Notes under the pieces: generated by a model
Told to the model about the DNA's origin: nothing
Seen by the model: only the letters and a program-made list of their open reading frames with translations
Database searches by the model: none
Shown: in pieces, positions 16,087 through 25,691 of the stretch
Layout: each line of letters starts with the position of its first letter
Numbering within the stretch: position 1 is the stretch's first letter
Source: Candidatus Omnitrophota bacterium
GTDB lineage: Bacteria; Omnitrophota; Gorgyraeia; Zapsychrales; JANLHA01
Length of the DNA: 32,000 nt
Direction of reading: 5' to 3'
NCBI GenBank assembly: GCA_963662715.1
Contig: OY759724.1
Location: 3,240,001 to 3,272,000, forward strand
Translations under genes and position numbers: made by a program

Positions 16087-18525
16087 TTATTCTATGATTT
16101 CCTCTATGCTGATATCATCAAACCAGGCCGTGCCTTTTCCGACCAGCTGGCAGGTAAAATATTCGATGGAGCCGGGTTCTTTAAACTGAAAAACCTGGAA
16201 GACCTGCGTCCAGTCCGTGGTTCCGGAAACCGGGTCTGTTTCAACATAAACGGTTTCACCGTTCTGGTATTTCACCTTCATCTTTATCAAGGCCCGGTCC
16301 GGTACATCCGAGGTCATGATCCAGGCTTTTATCACATAACGCTTCCCGGAGTCGATAGGGATGTCCTCTATATTCCAGGCCCCGACGCCCAGAGAATCCC
16401 ATCCGTCCGCCGAACCCTTTATCTCCAAACTGCGCAGCCCTGTGCGGCGCTTAAACCAGGAAATTCCCACGCGCGGACGGCCTTTCCATTGCTGCCGTTT
16501 CCAGCCCTGCTCCCCTTGTTCAAAACCCGGATTGGGTAAAGTTAAAGGCCTGGTCTTCCAGTCCCGGGACTCTGGCAAACCGGCCGGGCTGTCGGGCTGC
16601 ACAAACTCCTCAACCTTGGCTGTCCCGGGGGCCATCACTTCAAGCTGAATATCGTCAAACCAGGCTGTCCCATTGCCCACCATTTGAGCAACGATGTATT
16701 CAACGTCATTCTTTTCTTTGACCTGGAAACGGCTTTCATACCGCGTCCATTCCGTTGTCCCGAAGGGTCCGCCGGCCTCATAATACTCTTCACCCCCGCT
16801 TTCGGACTTGATCTTGATACGGACTTTAGCGAAATTCTCAACCTTATCCGTCTTTATCCAGGCCGAAAGTTTATATTCGACCCCCGGTTTGAGAATAAAT
16901 GAGGGCTGGTACTGGGCAGCCACCCCAACGGAATCCCATCCTTCAGCTTTTCCGCCCACGATTTTTAAAGCATACCGGCCCTTATGAGGAGACGCCGAAT
17001 CAATAACAACACGGCTGTCGCCCTTCCAGGTCTGCAGTTTCCAGGCCTGTGAACGCAGTTCAAAATCCCCGTTTGTGACCGGGATATTCAGGGACTTCAA
17101 TTCCTCTTCCGGCTGAGCCTGAGGATACTCATTCCGCACCAGACCGAAAACGCCGTCAAAATCCGGGACAAAATCCGTCAAATTCAAGGCATAGGCATAA
17201 ACCATATCATTAGCCTGCTTGATAAGGGAAACAGCCTCCTGGTAAGGTTCATCCTTCTGATCGACCAGGCCCCAGTTGGCCGGTTTTTCATCATAACAAT
17301 GCCGCGGGGGATCAAAGTACTGAAACCAGTGCATACCGACGATACGCGGGTCAGCGGCCACTTTCGCCAGGAACCGCCAGTAACTGACACCCCGGTCCTG
17401 CTGGGATTTGACCATGCCGTAAGGCAGGCCGGCGTCCTGGCCGGAAACAATAACCCCGAGGAGAATCGGTTTCTTGGTGTACGAATAAAGCTCGGCAATC
17501 TTTTCTTCGAATTCCGGATCAAGCCGGTAGCCTCTGTTCAGTCCGTAATAGCTGACGCCGAAAACATCCGTATACTCTCCGATCGCTTCAAGGATTTCCG
17601 GATATGTCCGGCTCGGACGGGTTCCCAAAACCATATGATGCGGGTCAAAGGTGCGCAACGTTTCAAAAAGGACTTTGGAGAACTGCAGGGCAATGGCCTT
17701 TAAGAATGCCAGTTTATCCTTCACAGCCTGCGCGGTATCTTCGACTTTTTCAGCGTTAAGAAGCTCTGCAAAATCCTTATAATCCGACTCCCAGGCCTGG
17801 TTCAGATCGTCAATGCCGGAATATTTGGCTTTCAAAAACTGCACCCAGGCCTGTTTCCCGGGACGGTCGGCCCCCAGGCGGATGAAATCATCTGTCAGGG
17901 CGCCGTGCCGCTGCTTGCTGCCGTACCATGACGGTTCGTCTGCCAGGAAATATCCCAGCAGCCAGGGATCGTCAATTAAAAAAGCCTGTTGTTTAAACCG
18001 TTCAAACATACTTTCGTAAACGGACTGCTGAAACTCGGGGGCAAAGACATCCGGGAAATAGCCATAATACCCTTCGGGGATCACGTTAGGGGCTTTTCTC
18101 GGCAGATCCACTCCCACAACATAGGCGAATCCCGGCTCCCGGAAAACCGAGGCCGAAGACCAGTCCCCGATCGTGTTGAATTCCCATTCCTTAAGACGTA
18201 ATCTCGTCACCCTGGCCCATTCCGTTTCATGGCCGTATTTTTGCACAGCCGCTTCCTGGTAAGGACGGCGTTTCGTATTCGTATCCGGGATCCCGGAGAA
18301 ACGGACGCTGTACACACCCACCGACCAGAAAACATTCCCCGCAGGCGTGACAATCCACCACCGGTCATGAATAGCCTCTGTATGAAAAGCCCCGGTCTTT
18401 GTTCCTTTTAATCCGGTCCAGCCGCCGAATTTGTCGAACTGCTGCTGGGCATGGCCAACGTCAGGTCCCGTAAAAACCCAAACCAGACAGACAAAAATCA
18501 TTATGATTTTTCGATTAATCTTCAT
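16087..18525 (-). CDS. secreted glycoside-hydrolase-like protein (TIM-barrel-type N-domain) with two tandem C-terminal CBM4/9-like (CenC-type) modules
   Basis: Signal peptide MKINRKIIMIFVCLVWVFTGPDVGHA|QQ. The N-domain has a GYFLADEPSW (NEP-like acid/base) motif. Two homologous modules of about 147 aa (nt 16636-17073 and 16090-16533) both start N(G/P)xFE...W and end GxGTAWFDDI. Confidence 0.6.
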   Translation of the reverse strand: MKINRKIIMIFVCLVWVFTGPDVGHAQQQFDKFGGWTGLKGTKTGAFHTEAIHDRWWIVTPAGNVFWSVGVYSVRFSGIPDTNTKRRPYQEAAVQKYGHETEWARVTRLRLKEWEFNTIGDWSSASVFREPGFAYVVGVDLPRKAPNVIPEGYYGYFPDVFAPEFQQSVYESMFERFKQQAFLIDDPWLLGYFLADEPSWYGSKQRHGALTDDFIRLGADRPGKQAWVQFLKAKYSGIDDLNQAWESDYKDFAELLNAEKVEDTAQAVKDKLAFLKAIALQFSKVLFETLRTFDPHHMVLGTRPSRTYPEILEAIGEYTDVFGVSYYGLNRGYRLDPEFEEKIAELYSYTKKPILLGVIVSGQDAGLPYGMVKSQQDRGVSYWRFLAKVAADPRIVGMHWFQYFDPPRHCYDEKPANWGLVDQKDEPYQEAVSLIKQANDMVYAYALNLTDFVPDFDGVFGLVRNEYPQAQPEEELKSLNIPVTNGDFELRSQAWKLQTWKGDSRVVIDSASPHKGRYALKIVGGKAEGWDSVGVAAQYQPSFILKPGVEYKLSAWIKTDKVENFAKVRIKIKSESGGEEYYEAGGPFGTTEWTRYESRFQVKEKNDVEYIVAQMVGNGTAWFDDIQLEVMAPGTAKVEEFVQPDSPAGLPESRDWKTRPLTLPNPGFEQGEQGWKRQQWKGRPRVGISWFKRRTGLRSLEIKGSADGWDSLGVGAWNIEDIPIDSGKRYVIKAWIMTSDVPDRALIKMKVKYQNGETVYVETDPVSGTTDWTQVFQVFQFKEPGSIEYFTCQLVGKGTAWFDDISIEEIIE

Positions 18526-19717
18526 GCATCACCTCTTGTATTTCCTGTTCAATTCTTTGCCCAATAATTTCCCAACTGTATTTCGTTTCCACCAGCTTGC
18601 GCCCGTTGACGCCTAAGGCCTGCGCTTTATCCGGGTGATTCAACAGATCCACGACTTTATCCGCGAAATCAGCCGGATCATCGGCTATAAGGATATCTTT
18701 CCCGTCTGTCACGTCAATCCCCTCGGCACCGACGGAAGTCGACACAACAGCCTTGCCCATGGCCATGGCCTCAAGGATCTTTAAACGTGTGCCGCTCCCG
18801 ATCCTTAAAGGCACAACAAAGACCCGGCTTTGCTGAACATAGGGCCGGACATCATCCACAAAGCCCGTGACGTTCAGGGAACGGTCAGCCGCGGCCAGCT
18901 GCCGGACTTTCTCGCCCGGGTTCTTACCGATGATATCAAAACTGACCTCAAGGACTTTTTCTTTTATAAGCGGATAAATATCATGGACAAAAAACAGGAC
19001 CGCATCTTCATTGGGATACCATCCCATCTCCGCCGTGTAAGAGAGCTTGGCCGGGATAAGCGGCCGTTGCGGGGCAGGAGAGAAGAAATCAACATCCACG
19101 CCGTTGGGAACAACAGAAAAACGCCCCTGGCCAAGCCGGGCTCCGGCTTCCTGTGCATCGACAGAGGAACACATAAAAACACGGTGAAAACGCGCCCAGG
19201 TCTCTTCCTCGTAGCGTTGAAATTTCTGCAATTGATCTTTTAAAATAAACCTTGCGACCGGATTCCGTCTTAGCCGGGTCGTTCTCTCCAGAAGTTTGGA
19301 CTCCAGGTTATGTTCATTCAGGACAGCTTTTCTCCCGCATAAAGATACGTTTACGGCGTAATAAACGGAATCGCAAAAGATCAAATCAACCCCTTGCTGC
19401 TGAATGATCTCCCCCAAAGTATCCCGCATCTCTTGAGACATCTTGCTCCTGACCAGCCAAGGATACCGGTAAAACACTCCTGATAAAAGCCGCAGGTAAT
19501 TGCGCCATCGGCTTTGGCTATGAACTTCCGGGGGGACACACACGACCTTGACCATGCGGCTGACCTCTTCCGGCAGAGAGGCGTTATCGCCGAAACAAAC
19601 ACAGAGCAATTCGTGGCGGGAGGCCAGTAATTTCATGATATTCCAGCAGCGCATGCGGCCGCCGTTGACGGGAGGGAACGGAATTTCCTTGGATATAAAA
19701 AGAATTTTCATAAACAC
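18515..19717 (-). CDS. family 4 glycosyltransferase (PEP-CTERM/EpsH1-associated type paralog)
   Basis: MKILFISKEIPFPPVNGGRMRCWNIMKLLA... and VPLRIGSGTRLKILEAMAMGKAVVSTSVGAEGI. The track start 19717 is GTG; an ATG lies at 19711. The 3' end overlaps the next gene by 11 nt. Confidence 0.85.
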   Translation of the reverse strand: MFMKILFISKEIPFPPVNGGRMRCWNIMKLLASRHELLCVCFGDNASLPEEVSRMVKVVCVPPEVHSQSRWRNYLRLLSGVFYRYPWLVRSKMSQEMRDTLGEIIQQQGVDLIFCDSVYYAVNVSLCGRKAVLNEHNLESKLLERTTRLRRNPVARFILKDQLQKFQRYEEETWARFHRVFMCSSVDAQEAGARLGQGRFSVVPNGVDVDFFSPAPQRPLIPAKLSYTAEMGWYPNEDAVLFFVHDIYPLIKEKVLEVSFDIIGKNPGEKVRQLAAADRSLNVTGFVDDVRPYVQQSRVFVVPLRIGSGTRLKILEAMAMGKAVVSTSVGAEGIDVTDGKDILIADDPADFADKVVDLLNHPDKAQALGVNGRKLVETKYSWEIIGQRIEQEIQEVMHED

Positions 19718-19718
19718 G

Positions 19719-20990
19719 CTACTTTCTGACTTTCACATCGTTTTTTTCCGGCCCCGGGTTCTGGCTCAAATGTGTCAGGGCCAGAGACAAGAAAACAACC
19801 AGCCACAAGGTTTTTTCCTGCTGGGCATGCAAAAAAAGCGCCGCCACCATAAAAGCAATAAGTCCCAAAAAAACACCTCGGGCATAACTGTCATAAGGCT
19901 TGATCCCGCTTTTGATGACCCTGTTGGCATGCCTTAAAGCCGAGAACAAAACCGACAGGAATAAAATAAGCCCTACGGAACCCATTTCAGCCATGATTTC
20001 CAAGTAAAGACTGTGCGCTCTGCCGGGAGATAAAGGATAATACAACCGGCAGTTATAATAATAATTTCCCGGGCCTGAGCCGAAGATCGGATAATCCAAA
20101 AACATTTCCCAGGCAGCCATCGCCAGATAATATCTCCTGACGGTGGAACCGATTGTGTCATCATGAGAATTTTCCAGCCTTGTCTTTTCAAACCTCTCCC
20201 AAACCGTTTGGGGCATAACAGAAACGAGTATAAAAGATAAAACACCGACTGTAATTAAAGCTGAAAACTTATTTTTGGCGCGGATAATGGCAAACAACAG
20301 CATAACCGCCAGCCCCAGCAGGCCTCCCCGGGACTGGGTCAGAATCAAAGCCGTAACCAAAATGACCGGGATGAAAAGCAATAGGAGTTTGACGATTTTA
20401 TTTTTTTCAGCCAGGCCCACGTAGAAACTGATGACAATGAAAGGCAATAAACTGATGGCAAAATAATTGGGGTCGAAATTCGTCCCTCTTAAACGCGACA
20501 TCATCAAAAGGTAGTCCGGACGGGTCAGGAAACTCAAGACAGACTGGGCTGAAGCCACAGCCATGGAAATGACGGCCACAATCGTCAGAAGCCTCAGCCT
20601 TTGCGGCGTCGTTATAAGCGCCAGGATTGTGAAGCCGAAAACCCAAAAAGAGGTGAATGTGGTGAAAAGCTCTCTGGAAAAGGATGTCGGCTGGGCAAAG
20701 CCGTCGATATAAAGATAAACCAAATATATGGAATAAATCTTAAAGCCGGAGGATTTAAGAAACGACCAGCTCCTCCCTTGTATAAGCAGGTGAATAACCG
20801 TTGCCAGAAAGGTCACGGCTCCGATGATCTTGATAGGGGTCATCATGGAAAAAGCGCCCAGGAACGAATACCCCATGGAAGGGATCAAGGCCTGGGGGAA
20901 CAGACCAACCGTGACAAGCAAGCCGATAAAAGGATTAACCACGATAACGATTCCGCCGACAATTCCCAAAAGGATAAAAAGTGCTGACAT
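19719..20990 (-). CDS. O-antigen ligase/Wzy-like polytopic membrane protein (putative EPS polymerase)
   Basis: About 10-12 TM helices. Contains the TQSRGGLLGL motif and a large loop typical of the Wzy_C/O-antigen ligase family. Confidence 0.75.
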   Translation of the reverse strand: MSALFILLGIVGGIVIVVNPFIGLLVTVGLFPQALIPSMGYSFLGAFSMMTPIKIIGAVTFLATVIHLLIQGRSWSFLKSSGFKIYSIYLVYLYIDGFAQPTSFSRELFTTFTSFWVFGFTILALITTPQRLRLLTIVAVISMAVASAQSVLSFLTRPDYLLMMSRLRGTNFDPNYFAISLLPFIVISFYVGLAEKNKIVKLLLLFIPVILVTALILTQSRGGLLGLAVMLLFAIIRAKNKFSALITVGVLSFILVSVMPQTVWERFEKTRLENSHDDTIGSTVRRYYLAMAAWEMFLDYPIFGSGPGNYYYNCRLYYPLSPGRAHSLYLEIMAEMGSVGLILFLSVLFSALRHANRVIKSGIKPYDSYARGVFLGLIAFMVAALFLHAQQEKTLWLVVFLSLALTHLSQNPGPEKNDVKVRK

Positions 20991-21079
20991 GACGATTTCC
21001 TTAAATAACTTAATAACTTTGTTTCATTGTTTCATTATGCCAAAGAATGCGGCTGTTGGCCAACACGTTTAACTTTTCT

Positions 21080-22216
21080 TTAGCATCTTCGATATATTTC
21101 TTCCGTCTCCCGGACCTGTTTCTTTAAATCAAAATGCTCTTCCACCCGTTTCCGCGCCCTCTGCCCGAGTTCCCTTCTTAGCTGGGGATCATCGATCAAT
21201 CTCTCCATAGCCTCTTTGAGAGCCTTGCTGTCCTTAGACGGCACGACCAGGCCCGTCTCTCCGTGAAGCACAGCTTCGGGGCTCCCGTCCACATCCGTGA
21301 CAATGACCGCCTTTTGCATGGCCGAGGCTTCCAAAGCCACCAGCGGGAGTCCTTCGAACAAAGACGGGAGCACCAAAATATCCAGACTTCCCAAAACAGG
21401 GATGATATCGCTACGAAAGCCCAAAAACTTCACCTTGTTGCTGATCATATAAGATAAACACAAATTTTCCAGTTCACGCTTTAAGCGGCCCTCTCCCACA
21501 ATAATGAATTCCGCCTTGTCCGCTTTACTTTTTAAAAGCCGGACAGCGTTCAGAAAATATTTATGCCCCTTCTGTTCTTCCAAACGGCCGATAACACCGA
21601 CCTTGACCTTTGTGTTTTTCTGCTCCCGCCTCTTGCCCTGGTCCCGCCCTGCCCGCCGTTTCTCCCCCGCAGCGGCCTCTCGCCGCTGCCCGGCGAACCT
21701 TTCAAGGTCTACTCCGTTATGAATAACCGTTATTTTCTCTGCCGGCACGCCTTTCTCCTTTACCAGAAACCGTTTTACGGCTTCGGAAACAGCAATGATT
21801 TCATCGACAAAGCGGTAAAAGAAACGGTCAATGATAAACGCTCTCTTAAGGCCTTTTCTCCAGGCTTCCCGGATATGAGCCGTTTCTATGGTCACCGGCA
21901 CCCCGGCCAGTTTGCTCAAGGGCGCGGAGAAAAACGTTGCGAAGAACAGGTGGGAATGAACAATATCCGGTTTCTCCCGGTTCAAAACATATAAATACTT
22001 CCTGATCTCGGAAAAATCTGTCCACCGGCGGATACGGACCGGATAATATTTCACTTTCTGTTTTATAAAATCCCCTTCCATCTTTGTCAGTAATTCCGGA
22101 GGGCACACAATAACCGGCTCAAAAGAATCCCTGTCCATGAAACGCAGAAGGCAAAGAACATGTTCTTCAACGCCGCCGCGCACTGTGCTGTTTAAAAAAT
22201 AAAGGACTTTTGTCAC
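21080..22216 (-). CDS. family 4 glycosyltransferase with a highly charged inter-domain insertion
   Basis: GGVEEHV N-domain motif. C-terminal LPSLFEGLPLVALEASAMQKAVIVTDVDG (E-x7-E type). GTG start with AGGAG SD 6 nt upstream. Confidence 0.85.
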   Translation of the reverse strand: MTKVLYFLNSTVRGGVEEHVLCLLRFMDRDSFEPVIVCPPELLTKMEGDFIKQKVKYYPVRIRRWTDFSEIRKYLYVLNREKPDIVHSHLFFATFFSAPLSKLAGVPVTIETAHIREAWRKGLKRAFIIDRFFYRFVDEIIAVSEAVKRFLVKEKGVPAEKITVIHNGVDLERFAGQRREAAAGEKRRAGRDQGKRREQKNTKVKVGVIGRLEEQKGHKYFLNAVRLLKSKADKAEFIIVGEGRLKRELENLCLSYMISNKVKFLGFRSDIIPVLGSLDILVLPSLFEGLPLVALEASAMQKAVIVTDVDGSPEAVLHGETGLVVPSKDSKALKEAMERLIDDPQLRRELGQRARKRVEEHFDLKKQVRETEEIYRRC

Positions 22217-22269
22217 GCAAAGCTCCTAAACGTTATTTCAAAATTCTTCCGGGCCGGCCAGCCCGCACC

Positions 22270-23409
22270 TTAATGAGCATGCTGCTCCATCATCGAGAAG
22301 AAATCCCTTACGTCATTCACCTGACATGCCGGGTTCCGGGTGGAGACCAGGACCGCGTCCATCCGGCCGTCATCAATATCGTAACCGTGCATCCCTTCCG
22401 GAGCGCGGCACCCCATATAGCTCGGATTGATGATCGTTCCGTTATTCATTAAAAACAACTCCTCCCCGTACATGTTGTCCTCAAAATAAACATGCCGGGA
22501 CTTCTTCTCTTCCGGAGAAAGGACCCGTCCATAGGGTTTATCCCGCAAAAAATTCACAATCGCTTCCCGGGCCCTGTCGTTGAAAAACCAGAAACGGGCC
22601 ATGGTGGAATCATAAAAAGGGATATAATCTTCCGTGATTTTAAGTCCCAAACCTTCGATGCCGGTCTGCAGATCATAAGTTTCGTAAACCGGCGACATGC
22701 TGTGGTCTGAAAACACATATAAATTGACCTGATCATGCTTCTTCCTTGCCCGGGTCACCAGTGTACGGATTTCCCGCTCGTAATAATCGATCATCTTGTT
22801 GGTGCCGTCCGCATCCTTGCATCCTCTATGCAAGTAGGCGTCTGATTCAGAGAAATAAAGAAAATAATACGGGCTGTCGGTCTCCTGGACATCCCGCTGG
22901 GCCTGGGAAAAGATTTCCTGGTCTTTCATCGGGTAAGCATAGCATTTATAATCGATATGTCTTTCCTGAAGGATGTCGAACAGGTTCTTCCCGTTGCGCA
23001 TGCCCCGGGGGGCATAGATGCGCTTGTTTTCGCAAATGTCATAAAGATGCAAACGTTCCACCGGGATCAAATACGTTTCAAAATATCCGTTATATCCCAT
23101 CATGCGTTTTGATATTTCCTCAACGAGCTTCCGGGTGTAACGGTTGTTCAGGAGTTTCGGAGGCAGGCGCTGAAACGCCTTGGTCCAGAGGAAACAGTTC
23201 TGTTGCGGGCTGTAGTAATAGAGGAACCAATGTTTATGTTCCGGAGGATACCGGCCTGTCAATATAGACGGGATGACGCCGCTGGAAAAGCCCAGGATAC
23301 TCTTCACCGGCCTTTTGATCGGGCATATATCATCCAGGAAGGGACGGTTCTTAATATAATCCCAGCCCAAAGCGTCGATAAGAATAAAGATTGTCGTTTC
23401 CTTCATCAA
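22270..23409 (-). CDS. alkaline-phosphatase-superfamily protein (type I phosphodiesterase/nucleotide pyrophosphatase-like)
   Basis: N-terminal FILIDALGWDYI (metal-ligand Asp region) and VFSDHSM (DH metal motif). No signal peptide seen. Confidence 0.6.
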   Translation of the reverse strand: MMKETTIFILIDALGWDYIKNRPFLDDICPIKRPVKSILGFSSGVIPSILTGRYPPEHKHWFLYYYSPQQNCFLWTKAFQRLPPKLLNNRYTRKLVEEISKRMMGYNGYFETYLIPVERLHLYDICENKRIYAPRGMRNGKNLFDILQERHIDYKCYAYPMKDQEIFSQAQRDVQETDSPYYFLYFSESDAYLHRGCKDADGTNKMIDYYEREIRTLVTRARKKHDQVNLYVFSDHSMSPVYETYDLQTGIEGLGLKITEDYIPFYDSTMARFWFFNDRAREAIVNFLRDKPYGRVLSPEEKKSRHVYFEDNMYGEELFLMNNGTIINPSYMGCRAPEGMHGYDIDDGRMDAVLVSTRNPACQVNDVRDFFSMMEQHAH

Positions 23410-23418
23410 AGGCCCCCT

Positions 23419-24492
23419 TTACTTCACGATCGTTTTCCATTTCTGAACAACTTCTTCCCGCTGCCCCGGCAAAGAGGAATCCGCAAAATAAAGACGGGCA
23501 GCGTCCCGGTAAATCAGGAACTGCGGAGAAGTCAGAAAACATTTTGTCACGATATCCCTGAACTGAAAATACCGCCACTGATTCCTCAGCAAAACCTTGG
23601 CCCACCCCTGGGCACAGGATATCAGATCCGGGACAGAAAGGATATACTGCAGGCCTTTTTCCAGATCAAGGTCCTTATACTCCAGAATCTGGGCTATTTC
23701 GTACAGCCAGACATATTTCAGGGTTTCCCGAAGCATCCGCCATTGTTCCAGCATTTCAGCCCGGGAAAGCTGAAAAAATTTCCGTTTGAGAATGTGCTCG
23801 AAAGCCTGCACGCACGGCGTAACATCCAAACGGTTTTTATCTATGATATCCTTGCGGGAAAGATTCAAATGAATAATTTCGTTTTTCTTTTCATCATAAA
23901 GACATTTGTATCTCTTCTCAAAGGCTAGGAGCGAATTCACGATCTGCACGTAGCCTTTATCGATATGATAAGATTCAAAACTCTCGCCGTTTTCAATCTC
24001 GGTCAAAAGGATCAGCTGTTCCACCATCCGGTTATTGAGCAGGATCAAACCATCCAGCCTGGAAATATCCTTTTCTCCGTAAGCGGGGATAAAATGGAGG
24101 ATATCTTCATCCCCCCAGAGGACTTTACCGAACTTGCGCACTTCTACGGTGAAAATATACGGTTTGAATCTTTTTAAAATCGTCTTTGAGGTTATCCCCA
24201 AACTGACGTCAATATCCCGGCCTTTTTGCTTTAAGACCGCCTTAAGGTCTGCGGCAAAAGACGAATTTTGCCGTTTGAAAAAGGCTTCCTCTTTGACGAC
24301 CAACAAGAACTCGATGTCGCTTAAATACCGGACAGGACCGTTCTCAACGATAGACAACTCTTCCCCCCTGGCAAAACTTCCGGCCAAAACAACAGCCTCC
24401 AGATCAGGGCCGAAATGCTCCACAATCCCGTCCCGGCACTGCTCAATGATCAGCGTGGAATCATTCCGTTCTTCAGGGCCATGACTTGTCAT
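23419..24492 (-). CDS. Pol-beta-superfamily nucleotidyltransferase-like protein, function unknown
   Basis: VVLAGSFARGEE...LSDIEFLLVV fits the GS-x9-13-(D/E)x(D/E) minimal NTase motif. ATG 24492 has an AAGGGAGG SD 8 nt upstream and is preferred over the TTG at 24516. Confidence 0.4.
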   Translation of the reverse strand: MTSHGPEERNDSTLIIEQCRDGIVEHFGPDLEAVVLAGSFARGEELSIVENGPVRYLSDIEFLLVVKEEAFFKRQNSSFAADLKAVLKQKGRDIDVSLGITSKTILKRFKPYIFTVEVRKFGKVLWGDEDILHFIPAYGEKDISRLDGLILLNNRMVEQLILLTEIENGESFESYHIDKGYVQIVNSLLAFEKRYKCLYDEKKNEIIHLNLSRKDIIDKNRLDVTPCVQAFEHILKRKFFQLSRAEMLEQWRMLRETLKYVWLYEIAQILEYKDLDLEKGLQYILSVPDLISCAQGWAKVLLRNQWRYFQFRDIVTKCFLTSPQFLIYRDAARLYFADSSLPGQREEVVQKWKTIVK

Positions 24493-24529
24493 ATCCGGGC
24501 CTCCCTTGGGACCCAACTAAACAGAAACC

Positions 24530-25675
24530 TTATTCCGCTGTTTTCTGCCATAGGTGAACAACCTTTTTAATGTCAGCATTACTGGTGAATTCCTCTTCGA
24601 TTTTCCTGCGGGCTCTTAAGCCCATCTTTTTGGCCTGCTCAGGATTTTTCAAAACGAGCAGAATCCTTTCAGCCATAAGCCGGTCATCCCTGATGGGCAC
24701 TTTATAACCGGTCTCGCCATCCACAACCAGGTCCTCGGCCCCGGCAAAACGCGTCACGACAACGGGCTTCCCGGCTGACATCGCTTCGGTCATCGCGATG
24801 CATGTCCCCTCAAAAATGGAAGGGACGACATAAACATCACAGGCCGCTAAAAAACGCGGGATATCATCGTGAGGGACGCTTCCGGCAAATTTGACATGAG
24901 CGGAGAGGCCCATCCCGGCCGTCAATTTTTTTAAAGCCTCTTCTTCTGCTCCCGAACCGACGATCAATAACAATATGTCCGGCAGATGCTGCCGCACGGC
25001 ACGCAAGGCCTTCAGCAGCGTGGGGATATCTTTCTGTTTCACCAGTCTGCCGGTAAAAAGCAGTAAATGGCTGTGTTTATTATTGAGATACTTCTCCCTG
25101 ATCTGCTGTCCGGAAACATCCTGAAACTTCCGGACCTCCGAGTTGACCGGGATCACGGCAATCATATCTTCACGGATTCCTAATTGACTCAATTTATGTT
25201 TTTCATAACGGGTCCCGCAACGGACCGTATCCGCCTGCTTTAACACAAACTGGCCAAGCCGGTTAAAAATTTTATTGATTTTCCGCAGGCTCATCCAGTA
25301 AGGGTTGTTCAGGAAATCAATATGAACCTGGACGTTCAAACGGATCTTAAACCTTTTTTTCAAGAAATATCCGACCAGACCTGTCGTGAACGGATCCTCC
25401 ACCGTCACGACATCGATCTGATGGCGTTTGATCACGACAGAGCACAAACGGTACGCATCCAGCATAAACGTTACTTTATTAACAGAGTTTGTGGGATAAA
25501 TGAACAGGTTGTCCCCCCATGTCTGCGGGACAAAAGCCAAAGCTTTCGGGGAATAAATCACCATATGAAAGGTGTTAAACGATTTGGCATATTCCAGTTG
25601 CCGGGCCCGCACATCCCCCCGGACTTTATCGTCTTTGATCATCAGGTAATCTAATCCTAAACAGAGAATATTCAT
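24530..25675 (-). CDS. family 4 glycosyltransferase
   Basis: C-terminal VPSIFEGTCIAMTEAMSAGKPVVVTRFAGAEDLV signature and a two-Rossmann layout. Confidence 0.85.
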   Translation of the reverse strand: MNILCLGLDYLMIKDDKVRGDVRARQLEYAKSFNTFHMVIYSPKALAFVPQTWGDNLFIYPTNSVNKVTFMLDAYRLCSVVIKRHQIDVVTVEDPFTTGLVGYFLKKRFKIRLNVQVHIDFLNNPYWMSLRKINKIFNRLGQFVLKQADTVRCGTRYEKHKLSQLGIREDMIAVIPVNSEVRKFQDVSGQQIREKYLNNKHSHLLLFTGRLVKQKDIPTLLKALRAVRQHLPDILLLIVGSGAEEEALKKLTAGMGLSAHVKFAGSVPHDDIPRFLAACDVYVVPSIFEGTCIAMTEAMSAGKPVVVTRFAGAEDLVVDGETGYKVPIRDDRLMAERILLVLKNPEQAKKMGLRARRKIEEEFTSNADIKKVVHLWQKTAE

Positions 25676-25691
25676 TAATAGCCCTTCCGCC

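Noticed and set aside
20991-21079. TTGGCCAACAGCCGCA and TTGGCATAATGAAACA (minus strand), and a tandem TGTTTCAT repeat, upstream of the Wzy-like gene
   Set aside because: The GG-to-GC spacing is one nt short in the first, and the -12 GC is absent in the second. The 8-nt tandem repeat is too short to interpret.
23203-23928. 241-aa + strand ORF, together with 22746-23267 (173 aa)
   Set aside because: Entirely antisense to two well-supported minus-strand genes. Low-complexity, R/P/F-rich translation with no recognisable motif or SD. Typical shadow ORF.
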